Origin: Paragordius varius
Taxonomy: Eukaryota; Animalia; Nematomorpha
NCBI GenBank assembly: GCA_964247055.1
Contig: OZ176056.1
Location: 5,146,001 to 5,210,000 of the forward strand
Direction: 5' to 3'
DNA: 64,000 nucleotides
The translations under genes were made by a program, and so were the position numbers. The notes below the pieces were generated by a model. It had not been told where the DNA came from. It ran no database searches and saw nothing but the letters and a program-made list of their open reading frames with translations. The stretch's first letter is position 1; every line of letters begins with the position of its first letter. This document shows positions 11,278 through 23,500 of this stretch, piece by piece.

Positions 11278-11815
11278 CTAATAATATATATTGTATAATA
11301 GATAAAAAGTTTTTATTTGCTACTAGAAATAAAATCTTGATTGGAACAACATATCTAAAAATAGTTGACAATTCTCAAAAATATCTAATTAGTTATATAA
11401 GTGTACATATAATCTAATATATAACTAAAAAAATTTGAAAATAAATTTTAAGAGGGCATATTGTTTTTCAAAATATAAAAGTGTCAATCTTAGCAATCCT
11501 GTATATAGTTTGAAAACTAAATAGTCATTGATATATATTTTTAAATTCAACACTTTTTACAAAGAAACATGCAATATTGTTTTATTTGATATTAAATTAA
11601 ATTTTAATTGGCGCTCATTTTGTGGCATGGCTAAAATTACAATATCAATTTATAATATGATTTCCAATTGAGAAATTTTAATTTATAATTGATGTTTGTA
11701 TGTATTTAAGTAAAAAGTTGAGGCAATATTTCTTATAAATAACAAGTAGTAGCTAACAAATAATGTTTTTGTGAAAAATTTTAAACATTAATGTAACATT
11801 TATGCTTTTATTTAT

Positions 11816-12441
11816 AAGAGCTTTGAACCGGAATGGAAAAAGTAGATTAAAACAGGCATACCTTGTTGCTGGACGGTTGCCCGTGGCCCCTAAGAATAAA
11901 AATGAGACCTAAACGATTTTTATTATTTTAGAACTGGAACTGGGATCATGGTTTAAAAAATTTAACAGTTCCGTAACCGCTTTTATCATGTGAAATCGGT
12001 TCCATTTTGGTTCCTCATTTTTTATAAAATGATTTTTGCAATTTTATTATAAATAAATATTAAAGTACAAGTGTGTTTGTATTAATTATTGTATTTCTGG
12101 AGGAATTTTTACATAATTTTATATATCGTTTATGGTTTTTTACCAGCGGTTTATTTAATTAATTACATATTTTTAAATCTAAATGTATGTCTGAGGTGTC
12201 AAGTTTTAAATATATTATTTTCGACACGAGGGTATAAAAATATGCACATTTAAACACTTGTTAAATAATAAATAGAAAAAACGAGGCTATTCAGACTAAA
12301 TTTGTCAAAATGGTAATTCTATTGCAATCAATTACTAAAAAATTGTTATCACATAATCAAGTTAATGAATGACTTTAAAAAAGCAGGACCAGAATTGAGG
12401 GAACAAAATCGTCTCATCCATGGTTCCGGCTTGAAGCCCTA
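11816..12441. mobile_element. Probable hAT-type MITE
   Basis: Imperfect TIRs AAGAGCTTTGAACCGGAA / TTCCGGCTTGAAGCCCTA with subterminal GGAAC(C/T)G motifs; no clean TSD. Confidence 0.45.
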
Positions 12442-12800
12442 ATTTTTAGTGTTGCTCTTTTTCCATCATTTTTCCCTTATGGCGTTTCGTATTTGTTTTA
12501 CCACTATAAACTTTATATAAAAAATATCCCTACCAAAAAGAAAATTGCGATATATGACACATTTTCTTAAAAAATAAGTGTTAATTACATGTTTTGATAG
12601 TATATTATTTTGCAACCATATTTTAAACATTAAAGGATGTTTTTTATTATATGTACTGTTTTATTTATAGTTTTGGACCTTATACCAGCTTGTCGAATAC
12701 AAAATAAATTTTTACCAATCGTTATAACAGATGCTCATTTATATAAAGATGTTCAATTTTCGCAAAGTAATTTGCATATTATTATTTTTCATAGTTAATA

Positions 12801-13118
12801 TACCATTTATAGTTCAAATTTTCCCTTAAACAATTCAAATTCACCCTCGAACAATTCAAATTCACCCTATTAATTATGTGTTTTTTATGACTAAAAATTA
12901 CCTTTATTTTTTAATATTTTTAAAATATGAAATTCTATGTATAACTAAAAACTAATATAATGCTGAAAAAATTAAAAACTATGTCGTAAAAATATATTTC
13001 ATATTAATGATGAGTTATGTTAGATTGAAAATACATAATATATTTTTAGGGTGAATAAGAATTGTTCAAGGGTGAATTTGAATTGTTGGAGGATAAATTT
13101 CAATTAGGTGAATGTATA
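12801..13118. mobile_element. TA-flanked MITE family D, copy 1
   Basis: Begins TA|TACCATTT; inverted arrays of the 21-bp unit TTGAACAATTCAAATTCACCC at both ends; homologous to 38311-38676 and 46459-46761. Confidence 0.75.
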
Positions 13119-13142
13119 ATATATTATTATAGGTTATTAAAT

Positions 13143-13179
<37 letters not shown>

Positions 13180-13222
13180 CGCATAGTGTCAAAAATTAAA
13201 TACCTTTTAATAAAATTTTATA

Positions 13223-13766
13223 TACCATTTGCACTTCAGTGTTCTTTAACAAGTTATTCCTTGATCTTTTTTGTATTTAACTTTCAATCAAATCGTGTAT
13301 CATTCATCCTATTTTATCATTTTTAACTTGTTTCAATAATAAACACAAATTGAATCATAAACTCTTAATTATTCAGTCTATCTTTATTAATTTTTTTAAA
13401 TGTCATTTTAATATTTATAAATTTTAACACTTATAAGTTTACTGGGTTATTATTATTAACAATTTTAAAAAACTATAAATAAATTTTGTTAAAAATTACT
13501 TTAAAACAAAAAAGTAATTTTGAATTAAAAATTTTATTAAATAGATACATATATAATAAATAGAAAAAATTAGGTTAAAAAATAATAAAATTAAAAATAT
13601 ATCCAAAAATTATGGTTAAATCAAAATCTAAAAATTTTAAGGACTAACTTGACGTGTTCAAGGACCAACTTAAAATGGTCAACGACCAATTTTAAATGTT
13701 CAAGGACCAATTTGAAGTGTTCAAGGACCAACTTGAAGTGTTAAATGACTCTCTTAAAGTGCAAAT
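13223..13766. mobile_element. TA-flanked MITE family E, copy 1
   Basis: Begins TA|TACCATTTGCACTT, ends ...AAGTGCAAAT; about five tandem 21-bp units AAGGACCAACTTGAAGTGTTC near the right end; homologous to ~39947-40448. Confidence 0.75.
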
Positions 13767-13838
13767 ATATATTAAACCACAGTTGGCCTGGCTATTACGA
13801 TAACAGTCGTTTGTTTTTTTAAATATTTATGTAGTATC

Positions 13839-14535
13839 TAGGGTTGTGCATTTGACTGCTTTTTCAAAAAAGTCCGGTCAGATCCGTTCTGACCATGGTC
13901 ATGACCACGGTCCGATCATTTTATTTATTTAAATACCATGCGATATTGGATTGTGAAAATAATCTAACGACACTTGCGTTTCACTGTCATGTTTTTTCTT
14001 AAAAATTTATATAATACATTTTTTTATAATTATAATATTCTCAATCCAATTTCTAGAATATTGTAAAATATATTTTGTCACATTCTTGTGGCCTACTGAA
14101 TCTTCAAATTTATAGATTTTAATATTGGATATTTCAAATGATATTATTAATTTGTTTTACAGTTTCTTTGATCATTTAATATTATCCAATTATAATGTTT
14201 TTAAATTTTATTAGTTCATATATATATATATAGAAAATTCGCATATTTTGCAAAATGCTTGATTGTTTTTCGAAATAACTGGTGCTAAAATGTTATAAGG
14301 ATGCATATTTAACAATTTTATATTGTTAAATAAGCATATGTAAATATTAAATTATATTTTTTAAAAAGTAAATTAAAAAGCGAAGTCTTTTTATTTCTCT
14401 TCCAAAAAAATATACCAGCAATTTTTTAAAAAAACAGCTATTTTTTTAAATGACCATGGTCAAAAAAATTATAGTCACTGACCTGGTCATGACCGGGTCA
14501 ATTGACCAGGTCATAACTTGGTCAGCACAGCCCTA
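13839..14535 (+). mobile_element. hAT MITE family F, copy 1
   Basis: TIRs TAGGGTTGTGC / GCACAGCCCTA; perfect 8-bp TSD GTAGTATC at 13831-13838 and 14536-14543; subterminal TGACC/GGTCA repeats. Confidence 0.9.
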
Positions 14536-14609
14536 GTAGTATCTAATAAATGGCTGACAATTTGAAAGTTTGACAATTTATGGGATGTATGTTTAATTAG
14601 CTTTAATAG

Positions 14610-14935
14610 GCAATAACGGAGTGCGCGAAATCGGGCCTTAAAAATATTCTGATACACTAAGATATATTCTGATAGAAAAACATATCAGGAAAATTAAGGT
14701 ACTTTAGGTTTTGGGCTTTACGAGTTATCAAAGAAAGACCCTTTTTGTTGACACCATATCGCAAAAGAGAAAATGCGCATATTATATCAGATAAAATTAT
14801 TTGATGAAAGCTAACTCTAAATGTTTCAATAAGAAAAATTCAATATCAATAATTAGAGTTGGGTCCCCAACTCACATTTTGGCCCCCTGGGCTTGTTATA
14901 AAATAAACGCAAAAATAAAGAAATTACATAAAAAA
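14610..14935. repeat. Dispersed degenerate repeat (family H)
   Basis: Similar to ~48745-49030 (ggtttagggccttacgagttat; gcatattatat; ataaataaacgcaaaaa); boundaries approximate. Confidence 0.4.
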
Positions 14936-14958
14936 TCATAAAACATGCTAGATTATAA

Positions 14959-17445
14959 CAGGGTGTCCAACACAAATGGCTTGAAGAGCCACCTTTTCTA
15001 CCTCAAAATTCCAAAGAGCCACTTTTTATTTATATATATATAAATCAAGACATTGGTAACAATGCTAATTTCTATATCAAAAAGAAAATAAACAGTATAA
15101 ATATAATAATGCTTTGCTAATTAAATTGTATCAATGTAAAATAAAGAAAAAAAATACATGGATATGGTAAACTTATTGCAATTCGATTGTATGACTGAGT
15201 AGACTGTGGCGAATTTAATATCCAAAATGTAACCTTATTTATTCAGTCAGCGAGTTTATCATGAGATGCATACATGAAATGATATGTATTTTAATTATTT
15301 CGCGTACAAGATCAGAATGAATCAAGCAATGTACCTTCAAAAGAAAGTACATAAAAGCATATATATTAGCATCTTCAATTGATGGTCCCTACAAAAGAAA
15401 GGTTACCTTCTTAAAGGTAGTTGATAATCATGCAATTTAAAATGTATTGAGTTAAATATGAGCGTGTCTTGTTTGATAAAGATTGGTGCCCATCCCCGAT
15501 GGGAAAAAACAAGGATAGAAACCGATGCCATAAATATGATCAAATATATATAATGCATTGACACGGTAAAAATCTCTGTGCACATGATTGTTGTCGTGTC
15601 TAATAAAGTTTTTTCATCTAATAAAAATAAAAGAAGTAAATTTTTTTCATTGCATAATTAATTTTTTAATGGGATATTTGTTTTGTAATTTTTTTGCTTA
15701 ATTTATTCAGATCTGCATCAATATTTGATACAGCACATCAAATCATTCTCTAAGTTTTCATCAGTTAATAAAGAACTTGAAAGAGTTTTGTGTATTCATT
15801 TTATAAAAAAACTTTCATGGACCCAAAAGCTCAAATTAATCTTTGTACAAAAATTCTTAAATTAGGAAATTTATCAAACGTTATATATTTTTTAAAAAAT
15901 TCAATTGCCCAAATAATAATTTTAATTCATTATTGCAAATCTAGTAATTCCATTTGTAAATTAATAGGAGCGTTGATAGCTTCAACATAGAATGGACGAC
16001 AAAATAAATGAAATATTTTTTCATATTTTGTCATATCACCGTATCGATTATTAAATTTTGATAATATGTTAATTTGATCTGCATATTTTATAAAATCGTT
16101 AGTTTTACCAGCTTTAAATCTATTATTCTGGATGTTCAGCTATTTTTTTAAATGGCATTCAAATAACGTCAATTTTTTGCAAAACGCTTTAATATGGTTA
16201 TTCGCATCAACAATTAAATTATCTTGCTTTTGCAAGGATTCATTTAATTGATTTAGTTTTTCGGTAATATCTGCGGAAAAGCTTAAATCTGACAACCAAT
16301 CTTCATTGGTTAATTCCTCTACCAAATAATTATTCTGCAATAGAAAAATATTTACTTTTAATAAATAATAAAACCTTTTAAGACATTTCCCTCGACTAAG
16401 CCACCTTACATTTGAAAAAAATATAAGATCCATATTCTGAATGATTTAATAAACTACTATCTATGCTTCAAAGCATGAGATTTTATAAAATTAATTACTT
16501 TAATAACAACGGTATGTCCATTGTCAGAGCATGTGCGAAGAGATTTTCGCGGTGAATCATGTAATGCTATAGCTGGTATACCATCTGTTGTCAAACAAGA
16601 TAGCGCCCTCATATTTAATTTATTGTCCACAAATTGGATGAAACATATCATCTCCCTTAGTTGTATTTTTCATCGGAAGTAAGCCTAACATATCTTCTGT
16701 TATATTTAAAAAATTCATCTATCCCTCGAATAAAGACTACCAATTGTTATATGTTCCTTATATCTGTGCTATCATCAAATGACAAGGAAAACGCCACAAA
16801 ATATTAAATTCTTTCTTCTAGGGAAAGTTGAATTTTTTCTGCGATGTCTGTAATTCGTCGACACATAGTGTTGCGCGAAAGACTTATACTGGATATTAAT
16901 TCAACTTTATTAAACAAAACACTACTATCGGATAGAATTGCGTAAATGAAATTGTTGGTTATAGATTATTAATATTTTTTAAAGATTCTAATTTTATTAT
17001 TTTTATTTCTGTAGTCATATTAATAAAATCCAAATGCATGGTATTGGCATGTCTTTTTAAATTATATTCATGAAACCCGTTTGTCATAAATTTGCAAATA
17101 AGGCACTCCGCTTTGTTAAAATATGAGTAAACCCATATTTCAATTACCAGTCGGGTTTGTACTAGTTTCTTTTTTAGATTTATGCATATAGAAAGCTAAA
17201 TAAATTATTTTAAATACCTATTTTTTGCAAGTATCTCAATGTTTCAATGGACCTTATAAGTCCCAGTATTGGTATGAAAGCTAAATTAATTATTTTAAAT
17301 ACCTAATTTTTGAAAGTAATTTAATGTTATTATTTAATGTGAAAGTTATCATCTTGAAGTTGGAAATAACATGCAGGAAAAAATGTGTTTTTTTAAAATT
17401 TTCAATGACACTAGTGGCTCGCGAGTACCCTGTTGGACACCCCTG
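14959..17445 (-). mobile_element. Decayed hAT (Buster/Charlie-like) DNA transposon
   Basis: TIRs CAGGGTGTCCAAC / GTTGGACACCCCTG; transposase remnants on the minus strand (TTDGIPA; [13 protein letters not shown]; NVRWLSRGKCLKRF; WLSDLSFSADITEKLNQLNESLQ) with stops and frameshifts; flanks fit nnnTAnnn but are not identical. Confidence 0.85.
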
Positions 17446-18185
17446 TTATAACATGAAAAAAAGATTTATTTAAAAATGTAGTACTTTAAAATTGCTAAAA
17501 TTTTCTTGATGGTTTATGGTACTTTGCATGGGGCATAAAAACGATATAAGATATAAAAACGCTTATTTATTTAATTTAATCATACTTAACATTTTTATAA
17601 ACTTACATATAATTAAAGTAGTTTTTTTTCGGATTGGGTTAAATTTAATAAAAATTACAATTCAAAACTTAAAGTGGCACAAATTAAATTTAAATTCGGT
17701 TATATAAAATCAGCTTCATCCTATACAATAGTCTTTTATAAAACAAACCTATTATACCGTTTCCACCATGCCTCAAATTACCGTACGCTTCAAAAATATC
17801 CTCCCAAAATCTAAAAAAATTGAAATTTTAAAGCAGCGTATGCTTTTTTTAATAATTTTCTATTTCGATGTCATAATCTGGCATATATAAGATTGCAATC
17901 ACAGCATTTTTGCGTTTGTTAAAAGGCATCCCCCTTTCAGAGGGATGTGAGAAAAACCGATTTTCACGTACTATATCAAAAATTAAATAAATATTGTTTT
18001 CCATTATAAATATAGTTTATATATATTAATAATATTTTTCGTAATGAAGCATCGAAGGTTCACCAAAAAACATTTATTTGTTATAAAGTTTGCGCCTATT
18101 TCGATAAACAACCATTACAATAAAAAATAACTATGTTTTACAAAGCCTAGACTTCAAATACAACCGTGGCACATTCTCCATCAGA

Positions 18186-18223
<38 letters not shown>

Positions 18224-18365
18224 TAATTAGGATATTTTATATGCATTGTGCATTTTTTTTGGAATAATCAGAAAACCTTCTAAAATAATAATAGCGTCAT
18301 AAGAGTTCATGATGGTACATCTTTCAAGTTATCATGTTTTTAAATTTATATAAGCAAAACAAATT

Positions 18366-19529
18366 ATGAATAGGATAAAATTTACCATAAATTTTGGGGA
18401 AAAAAATATTATTTCCTTTTCATATAATGAAGGTTATTTTTTTTACCAGAATTTTACAAAGACACCCCTGCAGTATTAACAGTTATTGATTGCGATATAG
18501 AAATAGAAATACAAAAGTTTACCCGATTCGATTCGGACATTAGTAAAATATTTATTTATTGAATATGTTTAAAAGATAATTAACTCATGCACAAATCAAA
18601 AATATATATACATATCAAACTCTTTCTTTTTAGGATTTATTCCAGAAAATCCCAGGTTAAGATCACTATGGGTTAGTTGCATCACAGCTGATCAGGGTAA
18701 AAAATCGATAGATTTTGTTTCCTTCTTTAACCCCTTTAGGGGCTTACCCGTAAACGAAACAGTTACAGACAAGGTTTATGTTCACACGAAACAAACCCCA
18801 GTAATTATTGTTGACGAAGAATCAACCAAAACAGGTTTATTGCAAATATGGTATTTTCTTATATGATATTTTACTTTTACGCGGTTAATAAAGTAAAAAA
18901 TAAACTGTCTTTACATAATCATTTTTTATGAATTCTATTGTTAAAATATACGGCTAACTACGGGGCAAGTGACGACTAGAAAAATTAACCGGCTCACTAT
19001 CCTATTTCTCCACGGTTTCCAAATTAATGTACAAATATTACTAATTTTAAGGTTTCATACAATTCTTTTCCTAAAGTCATAGTTGTCATTTCACCCGTAA
19101 CACATAATCCTATTATCTATAATTTATTTGACACTTTTATTTGTTTTTTCAGGGATATTGGGAAGTGGGACCAAACCCCCAATTAGAACAACAACTCAAC
19201 CAACTACTATAGCTACAACAAAAATTCAAACCACTCCAAAAATAGTAATTCCAAATTATGGTCACGTTATTATAAATTCTATGCATGAAAATATACGAGA
19301 ACACATGTACTATCGTGGATACATTAAGAATAATCAAGGCAGTCCTATTGGTCCAGTTCACGTAGATGTAATTAAACGTTTTTAATTTTATTAAAATTTT
19401 TTATAATTTTTTATCCATTTGATATATTATATACAAATATAATTTTTGTAATTTTAGATAACTCTTGAAAAGCCTGGGCACGTTTCATTCATAATCAAAA
19501 AGCGACAAAGACCAATATACATTACTTAA
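18366..19529 (+). CDS. Uncharacterised protein with Thr/Pro-rich segment (5' end uncertain)
   Basis: Phase-compatible GT-AG exons 18450-18542, 18634-18834, 19153-19367 and 19458-19529 (TAA) give ...FYKDTPAVLTVIDCDIEIEIQKFTRFDSDIRFIPENPRLRSLWVSC...TKPPIRTTTQPTTIATTKIQTTPK...KPGHVSFIIKKRQRPIYIT*. Candidate upstream segment 18366-18432 (MNRIKFTINFGEKNIISFSYNE). No family recognised. Confidence 0.6.
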
Positions 19530-20480
19530 ATTTGTTTACCTAAATAATATGTTAGCCATGTAAAATGTTTTTATTGGATTACAAACATTCTTATATATTA
19601 TAAAACAACTTAATTTTGTAAAAAACATTATATAAAGTTATCATTTAATTATTTATCTAAAAATTTAATGTTAGTGCCATCTATATAAATAACAATTCAA
19701 CCTGAGTAATATTAATTTAGTCATTGATGGTCATAATCAGTTGATTAATCCCTTAATTGGATATAGGTGTTGTTGTAAATTACAAATTAAAAGCAGCCAA
19801 CAAAACTTTCGAATTCATTTAAATTTTATATATTTTGTATGTATTCAGCACCTATAATAACATATGATAAGTATATTTTGTTTTAGTAAATTTTTTAAAA
19901 ACGGTCATAGTTACGATATCAATTATTTCTCAGATTCCATACAAAATTTTTTGCTTAGCTCTATCTATATATTAGGGAAAAATATTTAAATCTTAAATTT
20001 AATTAGGGCGCGATTACTATTTAAAATTTTTAAGGTTATCCCAAGTTTTTTTCCCAAATTTTTATAAATGCGAGTTATAATAGATTTATTATGACTATAA
20101 TAATGAATGAATTACATTTAAATAAAATTATTATATAAATGATACCAATTAATAATTTATGAATATCACATATTTTATATAATTAATCAATGTAAATTGG
20201 ATCACACTTTAGTAACCATAAATAATAAATATTTTATATTATTATTAAAACTAGATAAAAGGGTCCTCTAAACCGATAAATACGATAATAAGTTATGAAA
20301 AATATTCATACAGAATTAAAATTGTATTTAGTCTTAAAATGCATTGCACTAAAATAATCAAGTAAAGAGTATTTTACATTTACTAAAAAAATTATTATTT
20401 TGGACCCATTAGGGTTTTTTTAAAAACTCACTGAGCAGTTTAACATGACGCAGAAATCATACCTTACATCAAATAAGAAA

Positions 20481-20593
20481 TTAAGTTTTTCGGAAAAAAT
20501 GCCACTGTGTGATTGGTTTCCCAGGATTTAGTAACATATCTTTCCAATGCTTCATTTCCATAGGCGAACTACGAGACGCCAAATGAAACGTTC
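20481..20593 (-). CDS. SYT7: Syt7-like exon 13 (C2B end, stop)
   Basis: tatag|GA ACG...; [37 protein letters not shown]; TAA at 20483-20481. Confidence 0.9.
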
Positions 20594-23500
20594 CTATATT
20601 TAATAATTGGAAAATTAAAAATAAAAGATAATTTTTTGCCATTATTTAGGTGTTCGAATATCGAGCGCATTTTAACCAATTGTTTTAAACCATAATTTTA
20701 TAATCGGTTAATGAAGTATGCAGACAACATATATGGTGTTTCCGATGGATCTCTAGTATTTATAAACCTTTTTTTACATAATAATGTTTTATTGCTAAAA
20801 TCTCTCTATTTTTGGATAATAAATTTATCATTAAATATTTAATGACTTATGTTTAACATATATCTATATGGTGTGGTTTATCTATGTACCTAAAGTGTCG
20901 TTTCTTGTATATTTATCATAATCTTTTGCCGTGACCAGCAAAGATGTATGCCTAATTTTTTCGGTTGGAATTAAGAAGGTAAATGTTTCATTGTAAGTTG
21001 GTTCAAGTGTATTGAATAGTATTTTTGTTTTAAATTTTTGCACCTTTTTTCCATTTTCCAATAGCCATAACGTAATATACGGATCTAAATAACATTAAAA
21101 CACGTAAAAATATAATCCAAGATTATAAAAGATTGTTTCTTGCCTAATAGTGTTTTGTTTGTATAAAATATTTTCCTACCGTTTATTATTGAATGTTATT
21201 TTATAACAAAATTATTTATGGTTTTTAATTAAATATACCTGATGAACCCATGACGTCAGCTGCTTTTAGATTTTTACATTTGATAATATCAACATTGAGT
21301 TTTCCAGGACCGGGAAAATAGGTTAAAGTTATCAAAATTTCACCAGTTTTCTATATAAAATATAATATTTAATAATAACTTCATGAATTTTAATTTTAAA
21401 AATAATTAATCTAAAAAGTATAAGGTTCTTTTTCGGTAAAGATTCCTGCCAAATTTAAGTCAGAAGTCTATACATCTGCTCATAATTAATAACTATAGAA
21501 ATTTGTGTTAATATGAAATGATTATATAATGAAAAGAAAATGATTTTTTTATAAAAAGTGTCTTGGGTAAAATACTGATTCTCATTGGCGGTTGATTAAA
21601 AAAAGTCATTTGGATTGAGTGGTCAGTACGCGGCCCGAAACATTAAACATTGGAAATCAATAATTAAAAATATGCTTACATAATCATAATTAAATTGATA
21701 TTTGTCAAACAAACTTTCTCAATCAATCCATCCAATTGGCAAACTAGAAAAAATTCTTTTGTAATGTTTGCATACAGTCATATGTTCAAAATCTAATGAT
21801 TATTATGAGCTATATTTCAAATGTGATCCGCTGGTTTTTTAGGGTCATAAATGCGGTAAAAGCTAATGTTAAACACCCCTAGGTTAAATGGTATGCAAAA
21901 CCATAAGTTGAATAAGCTTATTCTTAATTACGTATATTTCTATGGAATGACCTATATTTTTGTTTGAGATCATAAAACACACTTTCTAAAGCATTGGTAA
22001 TATATGTAAAACTTTGTTAAAATAGATAACATCAGTTTAAGAAACACAGGCCTAAGCGTTTTATATACGTAGATTTTAATTTACTTACACAAATCCTTAT
22101 CAGAAATGCGGAATTTAAAAGAAAAATTTTGCATTTGCTTAGAGCTGGAATTAATTATTTGGTAAAAATCCTGGTTTAAAAAATTACAAAACCGACATTA
22201 GAATTAGGAAAAGCGGCAGCTGCTAATTTAGCCTTTTGCATACATTCGCTGTTTGAAAGAACAAATGGATCTTGTGGAAATATACCAGACTTTAATTAGA
22301 TCAGATCGAAACAAAATCGAATAACCAGGGGGCCAGATACGGTGAACTCAAACCTATTTCAACTTCTTCGAGAACCAAACAAAGTTTTTGGTTTTTAATT
22401 TATTAACGATCGGGTTATTGAAAAGGATACCTTATCAAAAATTAAAGCTTACATGTTACCGGAAAATATAATTTGAACGCGGCCTCAAGAATAGAAATTA
22501 GATTGAAAACTCTTTCCAAGAAGAAACGGTCCCGATATAAAATAGAATTTCGCTTAAATCGGTTTGACATTTATAAATGCCCGTTCCAAATTCTCATTCC
22601 CCTCGTTTCCCGTTCCCTACTGTTTTGCCACTAATTCCTTAATTATTATATACTAAATCTATATTAATATATAAAACGGTGCATTATTAAAATAATGAAT
22701 CTCTTAATGTTCCACACTGATAGCCTTTACAAAATATAATTTTATTTAAATTGTATTTACTGATTGGACTAGACAAGGGGTGCTCAACACGCGGTCCTAC
22801 AAATTATTATTTTAGGCGAGAAATTTATACAAAATTTAGAAAATAGAATTAAAAATGATTTTCTCAAACAAATTTCTGAATAAGTCTTATCAAATTGGGG
22901 CAATGAACCAGAATTGTAAACTAAACAGTCGTTTTGAAAGGCTATGTTTCGTCTAATATAAAATGTGTTCATTTCGATACATTTTGTGAATGCGGCCCCT
23001 AAAGCAATTTGTTTTGGACACCCCTGGTCTAGACATTGAATAATAGTTATGCATACCGAACATTTATCCATAGGCAACAATTGTTTCCAACAGTGTGGAA
23101 ATTGAGATAAGTCAACTTCATTTAAAGGCACAAATATTTCACCGATTGGGTCATCCTTGCTGAACCGATCATAATCATAAACCTGTAAATTTAGGATCCG
23201 GTTTTGCAATTTGTGGTAAGGAAATCCTGTTAAAAGAGATTTTGTATTTTAAAGTTATTATTGAACATTTTTATAATCAAAATTTATTTTTTAGAATAAA
23301 GTTTGAGAAATCAAAATTTGGTCAAAATCTTTTAACTATTTCCACGAATTAGATTTGTTTATTTTAATTTATGCTAATTTATATATTATATATTTGACAC
23401 GAAAGAGATAATTGTTTTTAACCAATTAAGGTAAAAAATATTTTATTTATAACCCCACATCCAGCCCAAAAATATATCATAATGTGATTATATGTAAAAT

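Noticed and set aside
13630-13760. 21-bp tandem repeats (also 12820-12870 and 38320-38420) as a CRISPR array
   Set aside because: The units are contiguous with no unique spacers, there are no cas genes, the context is eukaryotic and they are subterminal MITE repeats.
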